From Octopus sinensis (Eukaryota), in assembly GCF_006345805.1 (NCBI RefSeq), contig NC_043012.1:32550001-32614000 (forward strand): a stretch of DNA of 64,000 nucleotides. Direction: 5' to 3'. The stretch's first letter is position 1. Every line of letters starts with the position of its first letter. Shown in pieces: positions 13,778 to 26,659 of the stretch. Below the pieces are notes generated by a model that had not been told where the DNA came from, ran no database searches, and was given only the letters and a program-made list of their open reading frames with translations. The position numbers and the translations under genes are program-made.

Positions 13778-14041
13778 CCTGTCTCCGCGAAATATTAACC
13801 AATCTTTAATGGGTTCAACTAAGGTACTTCGAAGTTTCGTTGCCTTTGCATTTTTTGTTAAGTTCATATGTTTGGCAGCATCTGTCCATGGTCGGTCTTC
13901 ACCATAAACCCATGGCTTATAATCAAATTGAACACGCTTCCATCCATAAACATTCTTGTAAACAGTCTTTCCCTTCGTCGTTGCTATTTCATGATCCACA
14001 TACCTCTTAAAATAACCCAATAATGATCTTGTTAACCGCAT
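13778..14041 (-). CDS. MRPL24: Mitochondrial ribosomal protein L24 (uL24m), first coding exon (88 codons)
   Basis: MRLT...RPWT...VEPIKDWLIFRGDR matches the invertebrate mRpL24 N-terminus that precedes the KOW motif. Donor AGG|gtaagt at 13777; acceptor ttttcag| just upstream (exon starts 14058) implies a non-coding first exon. Confidence 0.88.
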
Positions 14042-15274
14042 TTTAAAGGTTGTCTAATCTGAAAATATTATAAAATAGTGTTTAGTGAAATAAAAGCAAA
14101 AGAAAAGAATAGTCAGACAACTCTTTCCACACTAAGAGTAAAAAATATTACAAACTCTTTTACTAAGAGTAAAAAAATAAAATACTCAGTCATTCAATAT
14201 AAGATTGTGGTCAGCATCAAGTTAGCCCTGGTTGAGAAGGTCTGTCATCAAAAGCATTAAAGTTGCGATGATACCATTTTTATAGTGGACAGTATAGGAT
14301 ATTATCTGCAGCTAGATGTGATTTGAAAAGGATTTGACTGTTCTTTCTAGCAAATCAGACCATATATAAATCTGGCATTGGTTCAATATGTATGCGGTTA
14401 ATGTAGGTAATATCCATTCTGACTTAATTAATGGTTATTATTATTATAATCACATTTCCTTGCAATCAACCAACAAAGTATATAAATGGTATTGTCTTTA
14501 AAAATGTGATTTTTTTTTATCAGAAACTTTTAAATAACAATGACAATAACTAAAATTTTCAAACATTACACAAACATATATATATCACCTGATCAATAAG
14601 TATCCGGACTGATGCCATAGTAATGTAGCTAAAGTACGCAGAGTAAAGCTGCTTGGCACAGATTGACCTTGAACTCTGCTGTGCATGCGCACTCTCGGAG
14701 TGGTTGGTGTTAGGAAGGACATCCAGCTGTAGAAACTCTGCCAGATCAAGATTGAAGCCTGGTGCAGACATCTGGTTTGCCAGCCCTCAGTTATTCGTCC
14801 AACCCATGCTAGCATGGAAAGCAGACGTTAAACAATGATGATGATGCTGATCCTTGCCCGAGGCAACACACAATGGAAATGAACCTGACACTGCATGGTT
14901 AAGAAAGAACCATCTTAACCAAACAGCAATACATATACATACATAAAATACAAGTAAGATTCAAATGAATTAGCTACTTAAATTTAGGCACCTCATTAGG
15001 TCAGAATAATATACACACACAACAGTATTATGTAAATATCAAAACTTGGTACATTAAGTACCGGCCAAATGATATTCTTGCAGTGTATGTAGACAATTAG
15101 ACCCAACTGAGTGAAGAAATCTGCTCTTGAGCTATTCAGACATGTACATTATATTAAATATACGGTCCATAATATTTACGAAGGGCAGATTCTAAGACAG
15201 GTGAATAAAATATAAATGAATAACAGTAAAAGTACAGGTGTCCCACCAGTATCTCTACTGTTACTCATTGATAT

Positions 15275-15308
<34 letters not shown>

Positions 15309-15563
15309 CAATGCCTTTGTTTGTTTTTCTCTTGTCAAGTTATACATATAAAAAATTTAACTTTTAAGTGAAGGACTATTCAACCAACTTGTAACCTGAA
15401 TCTGACACACCTGTTACATAGGTACTTCCCCCGCCATTTTGTGCTGTTTTATCCCCACCCTTTTTTCTTTTCTTTTCCCTTCTTATCATTTTTCCTTTTT
15501 TTTTTGTAATGACCAAATACAGTATTCTAAATAGACAAATGAATAAATTTAAACTAATATAAT

Positions 15564-15864
15564 TGCTGCATGGAAGGTGTTTATAAGCCATTTAAGAAAC
15601 ACACAAAAACCATTAGATTCACTTCAACATTTAAATTTAATTTGTCAACTGACAAAACTTCGTGCTGCACGAAGTTTTGTCAGTGAACAGGTCGCGGTCT
15701 CAAAGTGACGAAAATATTTTGACAAATTAAATTTAAATGTTGAAGTGAATCTAACGGTTTTTGTGTGTTTCTTAAATGGCTTATAAACACCTTCCACGCT
15801 GCAATTGTTTTCGTTCCAGCACACGATCTCAGATCAAGTCACTCGCTATGCAAGTACATCTCTG
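15564..15864. mobile_element. Foldback (inverted) Penelope-like terminal-repeat insertion with 14-bp TSD
   Basis: Arms 15561-15647 and 15720-15806 are near-perfect inverted copies; perfect inner palindrome 15648-15684; TAAACTAATATAAT at 15550-15563 and 15865-15878. Confidence 0.7.
15676..15726 (+). ncRNA. Minimal type I hammerhead motif with G3-C8 core covariation
   Basis: tttgtca-GTGAACA-g-gtcgc..gtgac-GAAA-atat-TT-tgacaaa: 7-bp stem I, 5-bp stem II, palindromic AATATT stem III. Confidence 0.65.
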
Positions 15865-18800
15865 TAAACTAATATAATCACCATTAAAATCCTCAGAACA
15901 TTTGCATATGAAACCAAACAAAATCTTCTAACAATGTTTACCAACCCACACCCTACAAACATAATTTCCTTCTATCCTCTTCTATCTTTTTTCCTATACA
16001 TCTCCTTCCCAGCTTAATTACCATTTCAGATAGCTTCACCTACCCCAGAAAAACAACTTGCCAAAGGAATCCAAATGTAACACAGTCTGATGAAGGCTAC
16101 CAGTCCAAAACTTTGAGTTGGCAGCCCACCAATGCACGATGTGCAAAGGTTGCTACATCAGATGCAAATCCTAATAGACAAAAATAAGCCAATTCTCCCT
16201 TATCTCCAGCCCCGTGTGCTACAGCTAACTGAAAAATATCTAGTTAATCCCAAACAATAATTTCTTTAGATTTGTATGTTTTAAACATTAGAGCTTATTA
16301 TTACTCTCCTCCTCCTTTCTGTCATTGGAATGTGTCCATACTTGAACACCACCTTGAAGCATTTAAGTCGATCAAAGCAACCCTAGTACTTATTTATTTT
16401 AAGTCTGGCACTAACTTATTTTACTTTTTTTTCTGAATCTCTAAGATACAAATTCGGACAAATCAACACGTTATCGAACGATGAAAGATAAACAAAAACA
16501 TGTAAACACGATGGCTTTCCACTGTTTCCGTTTACCAAATCTACACACAAGGCACTTATCGGTCCAGGGCTTATAGCAGAAGACACTTTGCCCAAGATAC
16601 CATGCAGTAGGACATTTTCTTTATCACCCCACCAGATCTCTGTAAAACAATTTCGGGACGAAACTCTACCATTGAATTTGGGAAAATTTATTTTTGTATA
16701 ACTGTTATCTTGATGTATGGAAAATAAAATTCGGGGCGCAAAAAAAAAGGGTCAAAACGGTAATTATGCAAAAAGTGAAAATTTGATTATTTTTCAGAAT
16801 CACAATTTCAGATGTTTAAAATCTGAAAAGTCAAAAAAGTGAGGTGAAGATGGGGCTTTCTTCCAGAATCGAAATCTTTAATCATTACACAAAAATTACA
16901 GCTTTTTTTTTTTAGGTGTGAGGCGGGGGTTAGATAATTTCCGACTCTATTCCATAGGATTACCAACTATGTGAAATGGGTTTAATGAAATAAAATGTTC
17001 ACGAAATGGATTGTTGTCAATACTCAACCAACAACTAGGTTTATGTGTGTAATTTTCGAATTGTCTAATAGTAGAAAAATTATTTCGTTGTTTTATAACT
17101 TTCAGTCTTTCTTATAAATTGTTAAGAAGTTATTTCAATAATCTGCTTTCATCTTCCTTCCTAAAATGTTTGAGAAGGAAAGAGTGGGGTTAAAGTGACT
17201 TCTATAGCAGAAAAAAATTAATAATGGTTTCCGGTTTCAGTAGAAGGCCAGTCAAGAACGGGGATCCATAGTATTAATCAATCGACTGGTACTTTACTTT
17301 GTCAAGCCTTAAGGGATGTAAAGTTGACCTCGGAGGTCTTTGAGAAAAAGAATAAGAAGAATTGTAAAAAGCAAAATTACGTTAGATATGAAATAAAAAG
17401 CGAATTAGTCGTATAAGATGCCAAGCCGGGACTATTGACTAATGAAGCTTTTTAGAAATTTAGAGAGTGTTTGAAGTAAAATATGAGTGATCACATTTTC
17501 TTGTTTTCTTTTGAAGGACAACAGAAAGTGCTGACTTATCAGACTTATCACTAAGGTTACTTTCTTTGATCTTGCGAGGAGAAATTGTTTCGTAAATTTT
17601 GATTAGTACACCCGAAGATACCTCTTTGTATTAAACTGTTTTTACTTTGATAATACAGGATATTTGAATAGAATCGAGACTGAAGAAAATTCCACGATAG
17701 ATTTATTTGTAATTTTAGACTTTAATTCACAGACGATGCTAAGACCTTCAGCTGTCTCCTCCATATGTTTTAATATATGATAAAATGTCCCGAGTCCCAT
17801 ATCTTAATACTATACCTTCTTTTACTAGCTCGTAATAGTTTCGAGTCTTAATAGAAGGGAAAGGTTGCTTTCAACTGTTGGTTCCAAACTAATGTTCAAA
17901 AACATTATTTTAGTGTATGGTTTTGTACGAAGCATCGTTTGAGATGAAGATCTTCGCATTAACTTCGACATAGTTCTGTACATTATTTCCAGCTGTTGCA
18001 GATCTAGATAATAACCAAAATATCTAAGATGCTTCTCAGTACGTTGCTTGACATGTTCAGTAATATATCAGTGAGATTACATGGTGTGAAAACGGATTAA
18101 CATGTAAATTCTTATTTAATCACCAGCTGCATTACAGGTGCCCCTCTTTGAAAAGTCAATCAAAACGTAATAGAAATAAGTAATAAGTATTTAGTTCCTC
18201 TGTTCAATAGACTTGAAGAATTACGCAGAAGTTGAAATATCTCAAATATCAATTTAGAGTAAAAGAGCTGGAGAAATATACAATCAACGTATTTAATGTT
18301 AAGCTGGCAAACCCATGGAAGGTTCTTGAGATAAAGTTGATAATTGGGTAAACAAAATCATTAACCGACGAAGTTCAAAACAAACCAATGTAGATATACT
18401 AATTAACCTTATATAGTTGCAATGAAAAAGTTCACAATATAATGTTCAAAGGATAGAAACTATGCAACTGACCTGTAAAGGATTTTACGAGAAATAACAT
18501 TAAAGCATGGTCCCTCGTATATTCATACATACATTATCCATGTGAGACAATCATTATCTCCAATACAAACTACAGTTAGTTGCTACAAATCAGAGATTGG
18601 CGACACAAATGAAACGAAATATAGACGAACTCTATGATTATATACTAATTTGTATCACCGCGATTTTGCTTTTGTCTCGCCAATTTACCTCTAGAATCGT
18701 TGTTAGATTTAGTCAATAAAGCTTTTCTTGTCACTATGTTTTTGTTGGCATTTTGCTTCAGAACAGACATGATCTTTTTTGTTGTTGTTGATTGAGTATG

Positions 18801-19019
18801 AATTTGGTTTGTTCTCGTTATCTTATATAAAGTTAAAATTTTGAGGTAAAATTAAAAGGCGAAATTAGAATGACGAAATGTACATATTTTTCAGTAACTG
18901 CGCTCCCACACACACACATGCATACATATTTAGGTCGTGTGTGTGTGTATGGTAAATGAAATGCAGAAGATGAAATATACGAGAATTTATTATTAACCAC
19001 AATTATTTCAACACATCTA

Positions 19020-19310
19020 ATATCACTCCCTCATGGGTGGAACTTCTGAACTTGTCTCACCTGTCTATGTCATGAGACATCTAGAAGCATTGCAGAGAAA
19101 CTAAATGAACATTTGAGACAATATGATGACCAAAAAAACAGTCCTCCATACTCTACCAACATGCCAAAGACCAACGTGGTGGCACACTGAGTCGACTTGA
19201 CATCTGCATTTTTATCCAAACATCCGAAGGACCCAACACTCAGACAAATACAGGAGTACGTCCTCATAAATGAAACATCCTCAAAACTAAATAGGAAATG
19301 TACGTAGAAG
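19020..19310 (+). mobile_element. Penelope-like GIY-YIG endonuclease remnant
   Basis: Degenerate Y..(E)TSRSIAEKLNEH-like segment with frameshifts. Confidence 0.4.
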
Positions 19311-19382
19311 GTAGTCATACCCCAATACCCACAGTTTACTTATACGCAGGTAGAGTTTTTAATATGCTGTTATGTAGACATG

Positions 19383-19418
<36 letters not shown>

Positions 19419-19437
19419 TATATATGTATGTATACAG

Positions 19438-19469
<32 letters not shown>

Positions 19470-19848
19470 CAGGACGGCCTGCTGTGCTTACTTTGGATCG
19501 TAGGGCGACCTGCTGTGCTTGAGGAGACCTATTGAGTCAAGTTCATCAACATCAAAATAAAAATCAAATGGAAATTGTGGTTGTGATACCCATGCCATTG
19601 GCATGTAAAAAGCACCATCCGAACATGGCCGATGCCAGTGTCACCTTGACTGGCATCCGTGATGGTGGCATGTAAAAGGCACCCACTACACTCACAGAGT
19701 GGTTGGCATTAAGAAGGGCATCCAGCTGTAGAAACACTGCCAGATCAGACAGGAGCCTGGTGCAGCCTCCTGGCTTCCCAGACCCCGGTCGAACCGTCCA
19801 ACCCATGCTAGCATGGAAAACAGACATTAAGCGATGATGATGATGATA
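19470..19848 (+). mobile_element. SINE family A
   Basis: Family A core plus (GAT)n tail. Confidence 0.8.
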
Positions 19849-20299
19849 TATATATATATATATATATATGAACTATAATGTAGTCGACAGCCATTCAACA
19901 ACGTGTGTTTGTGTGTGCGTATTGTATATATTGTATCCGAGCATGTGCGTGTACATATTGTATATTGTGTTCTTAAATTGTATATATATTGTATGGTAGC
20001 TTAGCTTCGAGCCCGGGAGAAGGCGGGTATCTGGCACCTCAAAACCAGTTGCTTTGTGCAGGTGGGGCTCATTAACCCGGGAGGGCAGCCCACCTGGGAG
20101 AAGGGAAACCTTGATTTCAAACCTCTGCTGTCTTGTGGGATATCTGATCACAGGGAAGGCTTCGAGAGTAAACCTCGAAGAAAAATCAGGAGTTGGAGCC
20201 CCTAAGGCAGCTCAATGTTGACTTCAACTTTATCCTAGCAGCTCCTGTGACCACATTGGCACCAAACTGTAGCAGCCTGCTGTTCCTTTCTGGGTACGT

Positions 20300-21730
20300 C
20301 TCATACTTTACTGTTAGTGGGGGACTGGAATGACATCTTAGATGCATGCTGGGACTGTGTGGGAGTAGCTGGTAGAAACAGTGGGTGCAAAAGCCTCAAG
20401 CACCTAATCAGCCAGTTCCTATCTGACAGGTACTGATGAGATTTCCTCAATGCATCAGTGTGGACCTGGACCAACTGCATATATAGACAGGATTTTAACT
20501 AGGAAAATAGACAGTAATAGTGTAGGATGTCTACTTTTTCAAAACGGTCGCTTATTCAGATCACAAGTTTGTAATCTGTATGGTCGACCGAGATAAAATG
20601 CATGAGACCTGGGTACTGGAAGCTGAACATATCATTTCCAGCACGTAAGGCTTACAGGCACCGGATCAACAATTTAGTCAAGTAAAAGATGACTGGAGGC
20701 TCATCAACAACAGGTGGTTGGCGGCTCTCCAAAGAGAGATTAGAGTAATATCAATAGGGTTTAGCAAAGGAAGAGGAGTTAGTAGCTAAGTTAGATGAGG
20801 CTATTTGTTGTGGCACTGCAGCCAACATGCTAGCAGTGAGAATGGCATTAGACCATTTCTTCAATGCAAAACATGAAGGTTGCATTGTCAGAGCTAAGGC
20901 ACGTACTCTGAGAAAAAAGGGCACCAAAGCTGTTCAGTGGGCCCATGTAGCTGAGGTGCACCATGGTAACAAAACCACAGTTTGGTCTTTGACGAACTGA
21001 GACAGACATAAGCTGAGCAATTCCAGGCAGATGTGTGAGGCCTTTCACCTGCACTTTGCTCAGTTGTTCAGGAGGAGTGGCAGGATAGAGATGGTATCAG
21101 ACTTTAGTCCCTACCTCAATGGCTTGCCGTGCCTCTCAATGGCAAACACTGAGCACTGCAAAAGGCAGATAACTTCAACTGAAATTCAGAATACCCTTGC
21201 TGGTTGCCTGAGGTGCAAGTCACTTGGTTTGGATAGTCTGCCCTATGAGCTTTATGTGAATATGCCAGATTTGTTCTCTGATTTTCTCAAAGTGCTCTAC
21301 TGCAACTGACAGCAGAACGAGAGTATTCCCAGTTCTGTGAGCTGGTGTGTAGTGACGATGATAAGGAAAGACGAAAATAAGAGGGACACATTAGATAAAT
21401 TCAGGCCCATAACTCTGCTCAACACAGAGTTTAAGATTTTGGCCAAGGTGTTAGCAAAGAGGTTGGCACTTGTCATCAAGGATTTGGTTGGGGAAGTGCC
21501 AACATGCACATTCTTGATCAGGTCCATACACAACAACCTCCACCTCATGTGATACATCATAGAACGAGTAGGTGTAAACCTGGCTTTGGTGGAACTCTGA
21601 TCAATTGAAAGCATTTGATAGAGTTAACCATTGGTACCTGGGGGCTGTCCTCAAGGTAACTGGCTTCAGCCCCATCTTCAAAGGTTGGATTGCTGTAATG
21701 GACAATGGCATCTTCTCGGTGATCAAAGTT
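20300..21730 (+). mobile_element. Degenerate L1/Tx1-type LINE ORF2 remnant (endonuclease end to reverse transcriptase)
   Basis: KSLGLDSLPYELY, FRPITLLNTEFKILAKVLAKRL and KAFDRVNH motifs, with stops and frameshifts. Confidence 0.85.
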
Positions 21731-22428
21731 ACAAAAATAAAACACCAAAAGCATATCACAAATTAATAAAATACTATTGGTTTTATTTGCTCCAACAAAA
21801 ATAAGGTAAAATAAATATTTCAGGAACAGGACTGTATCAATGCTAAATAATAGCACAAGAAAACAATGAACAGCTTTGTTACAGTCAAATGCAATAATTG
21901 GTCACTTTGATCAATGATCAATCTCTGGACATTGATTCACTTCTAACATATACTGGCCAATGTATATATAACAATATTTTCAGATATCTTCAACTAAAAA
22001 ATGAACCACGTGTTTGTCTGTTTCCAATGTTGTTCACAACAAAAAAACAACAACAACAAAAAAAAGCCCTTCAGGGAAAGATTTGTCTCATTCATTTCCT
22101 ATTGTAGAAATCAAAACTAAATATTGATCATTAGCATTGACTGGCTTTGCCCCTTGATAAAATAAGTACCAAATATTTAGTAATGGAAAGAATGCAGCTG
22201 TCTAAACTCCTCTATTAAATCCTTAGTATTTGAACTTACCAAATCTGTAGGAACAAATTTGCAGAATGAACTGTTACATTAACAACAGGAAGCTTTCAGC
22301 ATTATGATATAAGTACATCAACTAATATATAGCTATTGGTATTGTGTATACTACAGTGAAGCATTTTAAAGGTAACTGATGAATTTCTGAGTAGCCATTT
22401 GAGATTCTAACCATCTTATAATACCTAT

Positions 22429-22735
22429 TTCTTTACTGCCCACAAGGGGGGGACAAACAAGGACAGACAAACGGATTAAGTCGATTACATTGACCCCAGT
22501 GTGTAACTGGTACTTATTTAATCGACCCCGAAAGGATGAAAGGCAAAGTCGACCTCGGCGGAATTTGAACTCAGAACGTAGCAACAGATGAAATACTGCT
22601 AAACATTTTGTCCAGGGTGCTAACATTTCTGCCAGCTCTCCGCCTTAATAATTTGAACTCAGAATATAGCGGCAGACGAAATACTGCTAAGCATTTCGTC
22701 CAGTGTGCTAACGATTCTGCCAGCTCATCGGTGGG
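22429..22735 (-). mobile_element. SINE family B with duplicated head and 21-bp TSD
   Basis: TAACCATCTTATAATACCTAT at 22408-22428 and 22736-22756. Confidence 0.85.
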
Positions 22736-23798
22736 TAACCATCTTATAATACCTATAAGCTGTGTAAGATGCATGAAGTTAAAATATATTTGCATAAAAA
22801 TGGTTAAAAATGACTAAAAGACTAACATTGCTAACATTTGTTCCTTATATATTTGCAGTATAGTTATTTTATCCAGGTTATTAGTTGATATATTGTTTTC
22901 TTCTGCTAATGTCCTTAGCAAGAAAATATTTCTAATTATTAAGAAGTTTAGGCTATAGAATTCCCTCTACTATATAACTTATTTTATCAAGGAATACCAG
23001 CTAGTCAGCCTCAACAAGATATGAAGTTAAAACTGAAGAGGCTGTAATTAAATACTACAAAACAGTGTCCTACAACCACAAGCATCTCTATTATTGAAGA
23101 CACTAGCATTAGTATTTCATTGAATGCAAAATTCTATTAAGATAGCTACCAGTTTAAAATATACCATAAAAGATTAACAGCTGGCATGGTGCAGTCTATT
23201 ATTTAATCATAAAGCCTTTTCACTTAAGTTAACGCTGCACAAACTGTGGGGGTTTAGTTTGATTTCTATAATAGCAAGTGGATGAAACAATAACATATCA
23301 CATGTGAGTTTCTCAGCTTGGTTTCAATCCTTGAGCTACGTAAAATAAAGCATTAATGTTACTGGACTAGAATTCTCTTGTCTTGAGATTCAACTAGCAG
23401 TGGGATATGGTTTAGAGTTATATCTATATATTCAATGGGTTTTTTAATAGATTCTGTTGGGATTTTAAAATATTTCTGTAAACTTCATCTCCAAGTAAAC
23501 TTGGGAGGAATTTTCATTTTTAATTCAATGACAACTAATGGTACTTAAGTACATTGGCACTACGATAAAAAAAAGCAGAAGCATTCTGAAAATTACAACT
23601 GTAAGAGTGACTTTCCTTTCTAGACTACAGGACTAACATTGTTCTACAACATAACATCACACTTTCTTTTGTATGATTAGAATTCTTAAATATTTTTATA
23701 AAAAAGTGTTCTCCTTCAATTGACCTTTATTTAAAGTAGGGTCCCATATACGGTATACTTAACTTTACAATAAATGAGTGCATGTGCATACACACATA

Positions 23799-23842
<44 letters not shown>

Positions 23843-24049
23843 ATGTAAAATCTTTTGTTTTCAAAAAGTAAGACAGATTACAGGATGTTAAGTATACCTG
23901 ACCAATATATTAGCAAAATAATTAAGTTCTAGTCTAAATTGTAGGTTAGTCAGGTTGCACAGGCTAAGAGAAATGTAGATTTAAATAAGAAATTTTTAAC
24001 ATGCATTAAGATAGGGTTTATAATATGAACAGCACAGACACAGGAGCAA

Positions 24050-24720
24050 GAGAATACGGGAGTAGTATAGGAAAACTCCAGAAAAATGGATGCTGTTTTG
24101 ATGTGGGAGATGAGTTAGAGTGGCAACTCAGTTTGATAGAAGGATTATAATAGACAGCAGTGATTTTTTTCCTTATGCAAATGATTTAATGAGTTTGTTA
24201 GACCATTCTAGGTGTGAGTAATATTTCATAGACAGGTTCCAGGTGTTGTAGGTACTTGGCCTACTTTTTGTTCTGTAAAAAAAAATCAATTTTATTTGAT
24301 AATCTTTAGGAGCAGTGGGTCTTAGGGAAAGCTACTATACAATGCCAAACTCACTGACATAGAGACCTAACAGAGATCATGAGAGACTAGTTTCATGGAC
24401 CTCGCTATAGAAGAAAACATCCATTTTCTAATAGCAACCTGGATCAATGGTTCATACAAGTTAAAATTTTGAGCTTTGAATTGGAGGAAATGTATTGTAA
24501 TGTGTGAATTCTATCTATTTTTGGTTTATAAAATTGAGGTTATTGGAATACAGTTCTGTGTTGGAACATAAATCAATGACATACAATACGGACTGTACAT
24601 GTCATGATAAAAATTCAGTCACAGATATACAATTTCTTTTGGAATGATCAACAAATTTGCATTATTATACATTTATGCCTGGTGTAGCCACAATTTATAA
24701 CGTTTCAGGTAACTGATTTG
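24050..24720 (-). mobile_element. Highly degenerate Penelope-like reverse transcriptase remnant
   Basis: Fragmentary RT-like translation with many stops; weak support. Confidence 0.3.
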
Positions 24721-26606
24721 GGCTGGAATCAAATGCATACAATGAATTTTGTGCTTTAAATATAGATTCCTTTTGGATAATATTAACATTACTGTAATGC
24801 TTTTTTACAAAGGGTTGGAGAAAAGTTGCTGGCTTTAAGGGTATAATGAAAGGCCTGGTTGAAGGTCGAACTTCCTGAATTCTTTTTACAGAGCTTAGAA
24901 AAACTGAAAGACCACTCCAATAAGTATGTGAATATGTTGAATAAAATCATAATTAACTGATCCACCCTTATTTTATCCAAAGCCAGGAACTTTTCAGCAC
25001 CCTTTTTTTATATATCCACTAATTTGCAGAAAAGAGATATAATTGAAAGCAGTCTTGTCTATGACTGGTACTTTTTTTTTTTTTTTAAATCAAGCTCAGA
25101 GAGTTGAAAGTCAGAACTTAAGCTGGTGAGATTTGAACTCAGAATGTAACTAAACACAGCATTTAGATTACCAATATAGCATTCCTCCTACTTGACTACC
25201 CACTTTTTCACAAATATAAAAATACAAATAGCTGAGTGAATTTTTCAAGCACTTCTTTATAATAAAGAATGTGAAATCAATGTATTAAGGAAAGGGTTGG
25301 AAAAAAACGGTTTTTGCATGGCCAGCCTCAAGGCTGAAATATATAAAAGAATACTTTACAGTCAATTTGGCTCAATACCTGAGCTCAGCAATTAGCTTTT
25401 GGTCAGAAAGTTGTAGTCTGCTGGGGGGAAACTTGTCTCTCAGCACAATAATTTATTATGCTTGCCTCAGTTCACCAATATGTAAGAAATAAATACCAGA
25501 ATACTTGGGAAAGTCACATGTGATATAATAAACTGAGGACTTATCATCAAAAGAGAGAGATTTTTCCACCTCTTGTCTTTGATGCTACAGAAACAGTTGT
25601 TTGTTAATTTTGGTATTTTAGAAACTGTGGGTAGGAAGATGAAATTCAATCTTATATTCCTCCAGTACAAAAGCTGGTTTTAAGTGTAACGCTAACAAAA
25701 CCAAAAATTTTTTTTATCTAATTAAAAGAGGAATAAAGCTCACGATAAAGCCATAAGTTCAACTCTTAAAGAAAAATTTGATAAACAGAATATCTTAATG
25801 TTATGTTAATTAATTAATAGATGTGGCACATTGATTCATCGTTACTTCAATTAAAAACACTATTGATTGGAGGCCATTAAAACATTTATTTGTGAATAAA
25901 TGGCTACAGAAAAATTGGTTGTTTTCTCCTGTTCAATATATCCTTTATGAGAAAAGCTGGTTATAAAAAATATAAATTTTAGAGTAATTTAATTATAATA
26001 AATAAATATGATGATAAAAATAAAGTGCTAAAATATTAATTTTAGCTATGATTATCCAACTATGATTAAGAAAGTTGGATTTAAAATTAAATAATGAACT
26101 GGATAACAATAAACCAGATTCAAAATTAAACCCTATGATAAAAATATTAATTTTAAAACCAAAGACAATGTTTGACATTTCCTTTCTACTCCCAATTCTA
26201 TGACAGATTTATGTTTTATGGGTTTAAAATTTTTGTTATTGTAAGAAATAATAGTATTGTATAGAAAGTTCAGCCATCATAATTCATTAGTCTCATTCAA
26301 AAGGCACAAAACTGAGCAGTTTATATTTTACAGAAAAGAAAAAGAAACTGAGAAACATGATGATGTACCAGTCAGAAAAAGACTTTTTTTTAGTGTTAAT
26401 TGCTATATGTATGCAGTAATTCCTAACATAGGCACAAGTCCTCAACTTTGGAGGAGGGTACAGTTGGTTATATCAACTTCAGTACATGACTGGTACTTTA
26501 TTTTATCAGCCATGGAAGAGTAAAAGCAAAAATGATTTTAGGGAGATTGGAACTCTAAACATAAAGGGCCATATGAAGGAGGGAAATAGAAAATGGTTCA
26601 AATAAT

Positions 26607-26638
<32 letters not shown>

Positions 26639-26659
26639 GCGGGGGGGGGGACTTTTGCC

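Noticed and set aside
16085-16115. CTGATGAAGG-ctaccagt-CCAAAAC
   Set aside because: GAAA is mutated to AAAA and stems I/III are not recoverable; at most a dead relic.
16440-18900. CpG-retaining stretch that may hold the MRPL24 promoter and first exon
   Set aside because: Plausible, but I could not fix a donor site or TSS, so no feature is called.
20000-20290. RTE-like 5' UTR segment, checked for an HDV-like ribozyme
   Set aside because: I could not build the nested double pseudoknot by eye.
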